The position numbers were made by a program, and so were the translations under genes. From IMG/VR virus record IMGVR_UViG_3300021197_001026, positions 1,048 to 65,047 of that record: a stretch of DNA of 64,000 bases; one strand, 5' to 3'. Below are positions 24,246 through 33,400 of the stretch, piece after piece. The notes beneath the pieces are model-generated. The model was not told the origin of the DNA. It made no database searches and saw only the letters and a list, made by a program, of their open reading frames with translations. Each line of letters starts with the position of its first letter. Positions within the stretch are counted from its first letter, which is position 1. Source of the stretch: a virus (taxonomy: Duplodnaviria; Caudoviricetes).

Positions 24246-24722
24246 CTAATCGTTAGTAATTCCTATGTAGTTCTTATCTAAAGCCTGCATCGCTAGGCGA
24301 AACACGGGGATTTCTTCCTCAACTAATGGCAAGTCCTTTGCTATTACAGACATCACCATAACCGTTTCATCCTCACCTACAGCGTCCTCGATCACCCGAC
24401 CAGTGTCTCTCAGCCGCAACAAGCCGTAGTTGTAGTTGCTCTTCTGGAATCGACCAGAAGATGTCGCATGCATATCTACAGTCTTTACAAAAACCCCAGC
24501 ATCAACAAACACTTGCAGCATGTACTCAGCCGCCTTGTGTTCAAGGCTTGTGATCTTATCGGCAAGCAACATGCGATCTATTTCAAGTTGATCCACCACC
24601 CTGGCTTTTGATATCGCATCACCTTCGTCCTTCTCGAGCACGACCTTGTGCTTCTCATGGATCTTGGGGTTGCCGACATCGTTTACCTTGGTGTCAGATG
24701 TCCCACTCGTCTTCTGTTTCAT
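24246..24722 (-). CDS. Hypothetical protein
   Basis: Overlaps the helicase 3' end; GAGG RBS. Confidence 0.65.
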   Translation of the reverse strand: MKQKTSGTSDTKVNDVGNPKIHEKHKVVLEKDEGDAISKARVVDQLEIDRMLLADKITSLEHKAAEYMLQVFVDAGVFVKTVDMHATSSGRFQKSNYNYGLLRLRDTGRVIEDAVGEDETVMVMSVIAKDLPLVEEEIPVFRLAMQALDKNYIGITND

Positions 24723-26469
24723 TGAAGTTCCTCACTGATCGAACAGGATTGTTTGCAGCTTCTTCCCATTCAACGAAATCTTTATACCGTCCCGTCACTG
24801 GATCATAGGTTAGCTTCGAGCTACCGACTGATCCGATCCATTTGAACCTACACTTCCACGAATGCACCTCGATGTGCTCGCCTAGCCGATGCACCGTGAT
24901 GCCACAGTCTGCCTTGGCAAACCAAGCCGCGCTACCACTGATGTGATTGCCATTCGGTATCGGCATCTTGCCCTGATCATTGGCTCTCATCTTTGCGGGA
25001 TGCGCGATGAACCAGATGTGTAGGTCACAAGACCGAGCGAACTGCACCATGCGTGTCAGCATCTCACTGATTGCTTGGTGTTCATGCTCCGTGCTGCCTT
25101 GAGCTATGTAATTGTACGGATCTATCACCAGACCACGGCAACCCAATCGCATCACTGCTTGCTTGGTTCTATCGATGATCGAGTCAATCGTTGCAGCCTC
25201 GCCATCCTTCGAGTCAAGGAAAGCAAAGTGATCATTGACCCAACCCTTAGCCTCCTTCATTTCTGTCTGACTCATGCGCTGCGTATTGCCCTTGAAGAAT
25301 GGCTTTCGCGCCCTCTTCTCACTAAGCTTAATGATGTGCAACGGGGGCGGGTTCTCGAAACTGGCGATAGCGAACTTCCAATCGTGCTGCTCTGCCAGAT
25401 TGACAAGCACCGCATCAATGAACTCGCTTTTACCTGAGCCAGGAAGGCCGGTGACCACAGTCAATTGCCCCTGCAAGACAGTGTAAACGTCATCGAGACC
25501 CTCGAACCCAGTGCTCTTGCCCTCCATCAGGCCGCGCTCGTACAGGAAGTTAACGTCTTCAGCGTAGTCATCTGCACTGTACACACCGACCAGTGGTGTT
25601 GGAGATGCAGACTCAACCAGATCCGCTAGATAATCAGCGCCATGCTCGATTAGCGCATCGTTGGCGTCCTTGCAGCCCTCTGGCAGGTCTAAGTGATAGC
25701 ACTTGGCCCTACCTACACGCCGCATTATCTCCTCACCAAGAGCCTCTCCTGGCTCGTCAGCATCCATAGCAAGAACTATTTTGTCAGCCTGCTCGAAGAC
25801 AGATTTCGCATGCCATAGGTATGCAAACTTTCTGTCCTCTTCAGGATCGACCCTGCGGTTACTTACTTTCTGTGGTGCCCCGTTGGGCACAGACACGATA
25901 AGGCAATCTTCACGATCACCCAGTGCATCGCTGATTGCACAACAATCAAACTCACCCTCAGTAATCACGACGGTTGTGTGTGCTTCAGTAGCCGACTCTA
26001 TGTTCCACAGGGTTTGAGCCGAGCCATCTTGGATGAAATGCTTGCCCTCAACAGATCGCCACTTGATCGCCTCGTTGTTCTGATATGCGAAGCCGACAGC
26101 AGCAACATCACCAGCACCGTGGAAGTAGTGGCTACCACCCACGACCTTGAGGTGCCTGATCCGATCAGGATCAATACCTCTGCTGCGAAGATAGTTGTCG
26201 GCAATGAGGTGATCGCTTTGCTTTGGCAGGCTAATCGCCTTCACCTTGGGTGGTGGATCTATATCGAAATCGCTCACTGGCTTTTCTCTCACCTTACCGC
26301 TGATCTCACAGTGCCAGCACTTGTATAGCACCCCATCCGAAACCACATCCACATCGAGCGTCTTTTCGTTTTTTTTCTTACGCTCTGGACTACACATCGG
26401 GCACACATGACGGCCCTCACCTTGACTTGTTACGAAATACTCAAAGTCGCTATCGCTCATTAGGTTCAT
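24694..26469 (-). CDS. Bifunctional primase-helicase (T7 gp4/Twinkle-like)
   Basis: Zn finger CPMC...CWHC; TOPRIM ITEGEFD, SVPNGA, D.DEPG, KDAND; Walker A GLPGSGKS; IDPYN; AHPAK. Confidence 0.93.
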   Translation of the reverse strand: MNLMSDSDFEYFVTSQGEGRHVCPMCSPERKKKNEKTLDVDVVSDGVLYKCWHCEISGKVREKPVSDFDIDPPPKVKAISLPKQSDHLIADNYLRSRGIDPDRIRHLKVVGGSHYFHGAGDVAAVGFAYQNNEAIKWRSVEGKHFIQDGSAQTLWNIESATEAHTTVVITEGEFDCCAISDALGDREDCLIVSVPNGAPQKVSNRRVDPEEDRKFAYLWHAKSVFEQADKIVLAMDADEPGEALGEEIMRRVGRAKCYHLDLPEGCKDANDALIEHGADYLADLVESASPTPLVGVYSADDYAEDVNFLYERGLMEGKSTGFEGLDDVYTVLQGQLTVVTGLPGSGKSEFIDAVLVNLAEQHDWKFAIASFENPPPLHIIKLSEKRARKPFFKGNTQRMSQTEMKEAKGWVNDHFAFLDSKDGEAATIDSIIDRTKQAVMRLGCRGLVIDPYNYIAQGSTEHEHQAISEMLTRMVQFARSCDLHIWFIAHPAKMRANDQGKMPIPNGNHISGSAAWFAKADCGITVHRLGEHIEVHSWKCRFKWIGSVGSSKLTYDPVTGRYKDFVEWEEAANNPVRSVRNFNETEDEWDI

Positions 26470-26566
26470 CCTGCCTCCTTGTGAACCGTATTACTTTGTG
26501 GTAAATCTATAGAACGCCATCGATGAGAACGTTCTCTCCAACGTTAAGTTGGATCGACAGCAATCG

Positions 26567-26839
26567 TTATCGATAGCCTTCTATGATCAACCGTTTGAAC
26601 TCCTTGACACCATCATTCGCTGCCTTCTTCCTCCTTACTCCTGTATCTTCTAGCGCCACCATGTAAGTGATCCTGATGAACTCGGAAGCTATTTCCTCCG
26701 AGATTCCGAATCGACCACACACATCCCAGACTTCATTCTTCAACAGCCAAAGCAGAGCATCCTCTCTAACCTGCTGATCTTTGTCTGCTAGGTCTTTGAT
26801 GGTTTGCTCCATCATCTTTATCGCTAGTACATCACCCTG
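26567..26839 (-). CDS. Hypothetical protein (start uncertain)
   Basis: 3' part of ORF 26567-26935, between rusA and the primase. Confidence 0.5.
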   Translation of the reverse strand, partial: QGDVLAIKMMEQTIKDLADKDQQVREDALLWLLKNEVWDVCGRFGISEEIASEFIRITYMVALEDTGVRRKKAANDGVKEFKRLIIEGYR

Positions 26840-27182
26840 CAATTCTTTCAACACAGATCTCTGATCGAGGGTTCTCTTTGTCCAGGCCATGATATATGTG
26901 CTTCTCTTTGACCTGCCTGTCGTTCGTATAAGCAAAGCCTTCGAGACAATCTAGTATCACCGACTCATCTAGGTCTGGTCTTCGAGTGCGGTAGTAGATC
27001 TTCATCGTCACCTTCACATCACCATCGAGTAGCTCATCCAGCTTTGGGCATTGCTTCTTGAACGCATCAACATAGTCCAAAGCCTTCTTGCTTTTAATGA
27101 ATCTGGATCGCCCTGCAATGGTGACTAGCTTGCGTGAGTTAGCTTTCGATGCAGGTTCTCCGTATATTGTGGCTTCAAACAT
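26832..27182 (-). CDS. rusA: RusA-like Holliday junction resolvase
   Basis: I.GEP.SK.N...RPDLD...ILD.L.G..Y.NDRQV...K.NPR.EI; start trimmed to MFEATI. Confidence 0.85.
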   Translation of the reverse strand: MFEATIYGEPASKANSRKLVTIAGRSRFIKSKKALDYVDAFKKQCPKLDELLDGDVKVTMKIYYRTRRPDLDESVILDCLEGFAYTNDRQVKEKHIYHGLDKENPRSEICVERIAG

Positions 27183-27219
27183 GTTGCACATAATGCACAG
27201 TTTCGTTATTCTGTGCAAC
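27183..27219. promoter_or_regulatory. Overlapping sigma70-like promoters on opposite strands inside an inverted repeat
   Basis: + strand TTGCAC-N17-TATTCT (27184-27212); - strand TTGCAC-N17-CATTAT (27218-27190). Confidence 0.6.
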
Positions 27220-27311
27220 CAGAAGGAGGTTGCTTATGAGCAAGATCGGAAACTTAATCTTGGAATTAGAGGAGCGTGGTGACATGTTCTTCTGTGAGGA
27301 GCGTAGGACTT

Positions 27312-27650
27312 ATGAGTTTAGAAATCGAACGGAACGTAGACATGAAGGTGAGACCCAGTGGAGAACCACTGCCAACAATACCTTGGGACAACATGTTTTT
27401 GAAGGATGCGGTAGACATTACCGTCGGGGAAGAAGAACTGTCGCGGCGATTATCCGCAGTGCGAAGCGCCTACAAAAGGTGGCAAGACCGTCAAACAAGT
27501 CCCGATCAGAAAGAGTTTCACATCGGCAAGCTCGTCAAGGATGGGGTCACCGTGGTGCGGGTCTACTGCAAGAAAGGCCCATCAAGAGATGAGGATAACG
27601 AATCATCACAATCTCAGCACACCGATAGTCAAAGCCCTATCGAAGGATGA
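27312..27650 (+). CDS. Small putative DNA-binding protein (MSLEIERNV...IPWDNM...D)
   Basis: AGGA before ATG 27312; resembles the recurrent phage IEK.IP...PF..M..GD family. Confidence 0.55.
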   Translation: MSLEIERNVDMKVRPSGEPLPTIPWDNMFLKDAVDITVGEEELSRRLSAVRSAYKRWQDRQTSPDQKEFHIGKLVKDGVTVVRVYCKKGPSRDEDNESSQSQHTDSQSPIEG

Positions 27651-28470
27651 GTACACCCGTGGTGCAAGTCATCGATCCATAACTCAACTGATCGATAGCC
27701 CACGCATTCGCATCTTGCGAGAGCGGCACTGGGACGATCTGACTGAGGACATATCTGACAGGATGTGGAGCGTCTTGGGCACGGCTGTACACAAGGTGTT
27801 TGAGGATCACACTGGCGACGATGTGATCAGTGAAGAGCGCCTGTTTGTAGAGATTGATGGGTGGGTGATCAGTGGTGCCATTGACTTGCAAGACAGTGAA
27901 GGCCCGATTGATTACAAGTGTACTTCTGTTTGGTCTGTCATCCACGACAAGATCGAATGGGAGAATCAACTTAACGCCTATGCGTGGCTGATGCGTCATG
28001 CCAAGAATCGTATATCTAAGCGACTGAGAATCGTGGCGGTGATGCGTGATTGGAATAGACGCGAGTCGCAGAACAATGCGAGCTATCCCCCTGCGCCGAT
28101 TCAAACACTTGAGATCAAGATGTGGACTGATGAGCAGCAGGATCAGTACATGCAGAACCGCATCGGGCTGCATCAGTACGCTGAGCAGGCAAGCTTTGCA
28201 GAAGAAAAGCTACCCCTATGCACTGACGCAGAGCGTTGGACTAGGCCGACCACCTATGCAATCAAGAAGCGAGCCACACCCAAGAGCAAGCCTGCTAAGA
28301 AGGCTTTGCGGGTGTTCAAGACTATGGATGATGCTGAGAAGTTCATATCGGAGAGGCATGACAATGGTGTGTACCACGAAATAGAAACCCGAAAGGGTCT
28401 GCACACTCGATGTGACCAGGACTGGTGCCGTGTTGCAGAGTTCTGTGAGCAATGGAAGGACAACCAATGA
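27589..28470 (+). CDS. PD-(D/E)XK (RecB/Cas4-like) exonuclease
   Basis: S.TQL...LGTAVH...E.RL...ISGAIDL...DYK...W..QLN.YAWL, with a C-terminal Cys cluster. Confidence 0.85.
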   Translation: MRITNHHNLSTPIVKALSKDEYTRGASHRSITQLIDSPRIRILRERHWDDLTEDISDRMWSVLGTAVHKVFEDHTGDDVISEERLFVEIDGWVISGAIDLQDSEGPIDYKCTSVWSVIHDKIEWENQLNAYAWLMRHAKNRISKRLRIVAVMRDWNRRESQNNASYPPAPIQTLEIKMWTDEQQDQYMQNRIGLHQYAEQASFAEEKLPLCTDAERWTRPTTYAIKKRATPKSKPAKKALRVFKTMDDAEKFISERHDNGVYHEIETRKGLHTRCDQDWCRVAEFCEQWKDNQ

Positions 28471-28748
28471 TCGAAAATGATCGCACTGTTTTTGAAAAGA
28501 TGATTGGTATATGGGCTATCACCCGCATACCAGCACTAAGAATGACCCCTCACGGTGGTGAGGTTGGATTCTTTTGGGTCAAAGGGCCGATCACAAAGAT
28601 GCCGTTCAAGGCATTTGAAGATATGGCTGCAATTGAGATGGTGAATTTAATAGAGAAGGAGATAGACAAACATTATGGCGTCAACGCAAAACAATTCAGA
28701 GCCGACTTTCGCGGATATATGGGAGACCCTTTCAGCAGTCAGCGTTGA
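28467..28748 (+). CDS. Hypothetical protein
   Basis: ATGA overlap with the exonuclease. Confidence 0.5.
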   Translation: MIENDRTVFEKMIGIWAITRIPALRMTPHGGEVGFFWVKGPITKMPFKAFEDMAAIEMVNLIEKEIDKHYGVNAKQFRADFRGYMGDPFSSQR

Positions 28749-29385
28749 GCAGTATGTCGAAACCAAGATGGGTCTACGCTACCTATCATGGGCACACGGC
28801 TGGATGACACTGATGGAGCACTACCCCAGTGCCATTATGGACTTTCCAATAAACGAGGTGCATGAAGACGGAAGCATTACCGTCCACTGCTCGATAGTGA
28901 TTGGCAAACTGGCACGGCACATGTGGTTGCCGGTTATGAATAACAAGAACCAGGCCATCATACGGCCCAATGCAAGGGACATCAGTGACGCAAAGATGCG
29001 TTGTCTTGTGAAGTGCATGGCTTTGTTTGGGCTTGGGATGTACGTCTACGCTGGTGAGGATCTGCCTCAGAAAGAACAGCCCGTCGCAGAGGTTAAGCCA
29101 GAGCCTGCCGCAAAGAAACCTACACCTAAAAAGAAAGAGCCACCTTCTGATGAACCAGTGGAGGATTATTCTAAAAAGGAATCTGCTGAGTTGTTCCGTG
29201 AACTGTGGACTGGATGGATCAAGGTTGAAGACACAGAAGCTTCCATGAAAAGCCTGTACCGATCCAATCAGGGCACCATTACAACAATTCAGAATCATCA
29301 ACCTGAGATCTTTGAAGAGATCAAGAAGGCATTCAATGACCGTAAGCGAGAGATCGCTAATCAAAACCAAGAAGGAGAAGGCTAA
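28675..29385 (+). CDS. sak: Sak (Rad52-like) single-strand annealing protein
   Basis: L.YLSWA.AW...LPVM...N...MRCLVK..ALFGLG.YVYAGEDLP. Confidence 0.88.
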   Translation: MASTQNNSEPTFADIWETLSAVSVEQYVETKMGLRYLSWAHGWMTLMEHYPSAIMDFPINEVHEDGSITVHCSIVIGKLARHMWLPVMNNKNQAIIRPNARDISDAKMRCLVKCMALFGLGMYVYAGEDLPQKEQPVAEVKPEPAAKKPTPKKKEPPSDEPVEDYSKKESAELFRELWTGWIKVEDTEASMKSLYRSNQGTITTIQNHQPEIFEEIKKAFNDRKREIANQNQEGEG

Positions 29386-29717
29386 TGCCTGATTATTCAC
29401 AAGCTGAGAAGTCCAAAGGGACACTGTATAACGAGGGCGAGAAGCGTAAGAGCGACAAGGCACCGCACTTCCGTGGCTTCCTAAAGGTCACACGCGAGCA
29501 GGCAAAGCAGATAGCTGCTCAGTTCAAGGCTGACGCCACCCGTTCTGAGTATGACATTCGAGTCGCCTGTTGGAAGAACCAAGGTGACAATGGTGTTTAC
29601 CTGTCTCTTGCGAGCGAGACTATGCCGCCTGATGGTGCCCCAGCAGCAGCGCCTCCACCGCCACAACCTAAGCCACAGGAAGGCTTTGATGATTTCGAGG
29701 ACGATATACCTTTTTAG
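29385..29717 (+). CDS. Putative single-stranded DNA-binding protein
   Basis: K.SDKAP.FRG...W...YLSL with an acidic DDIPF tail; follows Sak. Confidence 0.7.
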   Translation: MPDYSQAEKSKGTLYNEGEKRKSDKAPHFRGFLKVTREQAKQIAAQFKADATRSEYDIRVACWKNQGDNGVYLSLASETMPPDGAPAAAPPPPQPKPQEGFDDFEDDIPF

Positions 29718-30040
29718 GTAGGCCTCAGATCCACGCAGCTTTCGGAACTGAGGCCTTTAAGCTTCACCGTAATGACGCCCCAAGCACCAGTGTTGATGCT
29801 GCTAATGCTCTAGATACTACAAGGCTTGAGGAGTTGGTGTTCGACGTGATCGAAACATGTGGTTTGCGCGGAGCAATAAGTGATGATGTGCGAGCAGCCC
29901 TGCCTGGGTTGCCGTACTCATCTGTTACCGCTCGTTACAAGAGTCTTGCGGAGAAAGGGATGATTAAATACTCGGGTGACAAACGTCAGGGTCAAAGCGG
30001 AAGGGGGCAGAGAGTGATGATCGCTGCTAATCTAGCATGA
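29717..30040 (+). CDS. Winged-HTH-like protein; conserved-looking N-terminal part lacks a start codon
   Basis: Frame open from 29693: FGTEAFKLHRNDAPSTSVDAA...YSSVTARY..L.EKG. The first start codon is TTG 29834. Confidence 0.55.
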   Translation, partial: GRPQIHAAFGTEAFKLHRNDAPSTSVDAANALDTTRLEELVFDVIETCGLRGAISDDVRAALPGLPYSSVTARYKSLAEKGMIKYSGDKRQGQSGRGQRVMIAANLA

Positions 30041-30222
30041 AGGCGGTAGTTTTCATGGCCTTGTTGGCAGTGTCAGCATTCGCATATGCTCATGTACATC
30101 AATGGGTTCTTGTGGATTCTTTTGAGAATGAGCAAGGGATCAAGACATGCCAGTGGGTGTGTGATTACTCAGGGCAAAAGTACTTCATTGAGACAACCAA
30201 CTGTTGGAATCCGAACGATTAA
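30037..30222 (+). CDS. Small secreted Cys-containing protein
   Basis: Signal peptide MKAVVFMALLAVSAFAYA; ATGA overlap. Confidence 0.55.
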   Translation: MKAVVFMALLAVSAFAYAHVHQWVLVDSFENEQGIKTCQWVCDYSGQKYFIETTNCWNPND

Positions 30223-30224
30223 GA

Positions 30225-30329
30225 ATGAAGATCAGCCGCGAAGAGATGAAGGTAGGCATACTGATTGGTGCAGGCATTGTGGTTGCCATCAATCTACTGT
30301 CCTTCCTACTCACTCTATTGATAGGTTGA
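30225..30329 (+). CDS. 34-aa single-TM peptide MKISREEMKVGILIGAGIVVAINLLSFLLTLLIG
   Basis: Manual translation; starts 2 nt after the previous stop. Confidence 0.5.
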   Translation: MKISREEMKVGILIGAGIVVAINLLSFLLTLLIG

Positions 30330-30413
30330 GTTTTTATGTATGGTGGTTTTAGGGCTAGGCGACAAACACACGCTTTCCTGCACGTTCCCCGTCCGTGTGC
30401 CCGAAGTACGGGG

Positions 30414-33400
30414 CTACTCTGCCCTACCTATGACCTCGTTATATCGTGCGTTGAATCTGTCGTAAGCCGCTTTCTTCTTGGCTTGAAGCTCTTCTTCCTG
30501 CTCCGCATACATCTTTGCAGATGCAGGGTTTTCTGCTGCTGTCGCTCTCAGTCTTCTTAACTGTTTGTTGATCAAACGTATTCTCTTGTCTGTCGATTTG
30601 ATCAGAGCGGTCATCGATAACATTGGCCTGTTATCTTCTATGTACTTTCGACGTTTTGCCAGGTCATCCAAGACATCTATCTGATTGTCTATTTGCAGAA
30701 CCTTGGTTCGTCTGTCATAGAAATCTGTTTGGCTAGTACGGTGATCTACTTCACCAGCAATCCTTCTTAGGAACGGCACATCGTTAACTGATATGTCTTC
30801 ATCGTTAGTAAGCTTGCGGAATGCCTCCACTGTTCTCAAGCCAGTGGCCCCAGCGCCACCTAGTGCGTAATTAAACAGGTGTTGAAGCTTGTCAGGTGAG
30901 AAATCTAGGGTTCCTGGCACTGATTCGTTTCCACCAGTAAGTCCATTCATAATCTTGGCAGCAGCCTTAAATCCAGCGAATGTAGAATCTTTTGAAAGCT
31001 GACTGAGCGGTTGCTCTACGCCGTAAGGAACCTGCTCTGAATACACAGGAGCGCCAAAGAAGTTCTCGTTGGACAGTATCTCTAAGAATGGCTGACCGAC
31101 AGTTGGTGATCCAGTCTTTGCCAGCATAGTCGTAAAGTCTTTAGATTCAGATATACCAATAGGGTTGAACGATCCAAGCAACGCCTTAGTAACAAGTGTT
31201 GCGGCTTCTTCTGGTGACTTAGAACCAGACATCATCTCTTGAATGTTTGCACCCAGTACATGAAAGGCGTTATATCCGTAAGGCAACGGTATGGTGTGAT
31301 AGTCCTTACCGTTATCCTTCATAATCACTATGTTTCTTTCTTTCACATAGTTGGGAATGTTTGCGTAGTAAGACTCACCATTGTCATCTTCATCGCTCAT
31401 CTCTTCTGCAAGAGCGGCTAACAATGCGCCAGACCCCACCATACTAGCGACCATGCCCTGCTTGATTCTTGATGAGTTTGGATCAAACACATTCAGCCCA
31501 CGGGCGAAGTTCATCGTTCCCTGTACAGAAGCATTGAAGAACAGGTACAAGCTGTTCAGTAGCTGTCCTTGATCACCTGATCGATTGAAGTTTACCGTAA
31601 GGTTTTTAGCAAGCGTTGCAGCTTTTGCTATGGCCTCTTCTCTTGAGAAACCATTCTCAATGAACTCATCTCTAGCTGCCTTGAACGAAGCAAATCGCAC
31701 ACCGTTTTCAACGGCTGCGTTAGTGTCTTCAACAAGGTCTCGAATGCTTTCGTATCTGCTTCTGAAGTTACCTGAGAACGTGCCTTTTGCCATCTCAATC
31801 ATGTTGTCGATGGTAGCTTTTTGCTCTTCAGGTGCTCTGCTGTGGAACCAATCTGCCTTTGCACCAGCCGTGATGTACTCATCGTAATCTTTACGCTGCT
31901 GATCTGTCTGCTTGTCGCTACCCCTGAAGCCTCGATAGAACGCTCTAATCGATGGCATTGTGTCTTTGATTACTTTGCTGACGATACGGGTGTCCATAGC
32001 TTTACCATCAGCCATGCTCTGTTCGCCAATGATATTGTAGACCGCTGTCTGAATATCTCGCGCAAAGTTGCCGACAACAAACTCAGGGTTCAATGATGTG
32101 TTAACAGTGGATAGGAATCTGTTGACGTTACCTAGAGCCTGTACAATCTTGCTGCTGTTAGACGCATCAAGGTTAAGCAAAGCCTTACGCAGGTTATCGT
32201 CTTTTATATCTATTGCTACCTGTTCGCCGTTTATCTTCACGCCAAACATCTCTCTAGGCAGCTTCATGCCTTCTTTTAGAATGACCTTTTTAACGTACAG
32301 CTTACGCTCTGATTCTGGTGTGCCAGGAGGAATCTTCTGCACTCTCTGTCCTGTTGGCAGATAGGTATACACAGACTCAAGCATGCGCTGATAGTTTGGA
32401 TTGTCCTGATCGTACACTTCCCATGCAGCAGAGTTAGGGTTGTCTTTAGCTAGTCTGTAAAGACGCTCACCGAACTCCTTATTCTTTGCGGATCGAGCGA
32501 TAGCTCGCTCCCTATCAGCAAGCACAGTCGCTAAAGGTGAATCAGCAGCCGTTGCCCTGCCCAAAGCTTTGCGAGCCTCTGCACCCTCGATGCTCATCTT
32601 TCCTGATGAGCCAGATGTTGGTGACAGAAACTGAGTTGAGAAATCATCCTCGATCTCTTTGCCACGCAGAGGCACATAGTATTTGTAGAACCCGCTCAAA
32701 AGCTTTTGATCTTCTTTTGAGTACAGCCCACCTTCAGTGTTGGTGTCGATAGTGCCTTTGACTATGTTGTCTATACGTCCTGCAAGATTCTGTAACACCT
32801 TGGCACGTTGATTACCGCCAGACCATTCGCCTGTCTTGTCGTTCCACTTCAAGCCGTACTCATTCAGCATCCGATTAGCGACATACTCATTCGTCAGACG
32901 CACCTCTTGACCATCAACGACAATGCTTCCAGCACCACCATCAGGTATTGCATCGTTTATCTGGGCAATACGTTTATTGCGCTCTAGTGCATGGCGTAAT
33001 ATCAAGAAGTCATCTAGCTCCTTGATCGCTTCACCTGTGGTTTTCTGAGTGTTGGCTGCTGCTATCTCATCAACAAGCGGCTGAACCTCATCTCTCTTGA
33101 ATACCCTTCCTCGCTCACCGATCTTGCCTGCTATTGATTCTTCACCCATGTAGGCAGAATCAAGCGCAGCTATTGGTTCTTGGCCCAAAGCCTTTCTGGC
33201 CTTATTGATTGCAGCTTCTATCTTCTTCAGTCCGATAAACTTATCAGCAACATTGAAGATGAATCTGTCGCCGCGAGTCATTACTGGTGTTTCAAAAGAA
33301 CTGTACTCGTTGTCTGGAAGGCCTTGCTCTGCCCTACTGATAACAGGTGGCTTGATGTTCCCGTCGATATTTTCCTGAGTGATTGGGTCTTGATCAGCAG

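Noticed and set aside
28126-28140. CTGATGA as a further hammerhead core (also near 29148 and 32604)
   Set aside because: Inside coding sequence, with no matching stems or GAAA partner seen.
27589-28470. cas4 of a CRISPR system
   Set aside because: Stand-alone PD-(D/E)XK nuclease beside Sak and SSB, typical of a phage recombination module.
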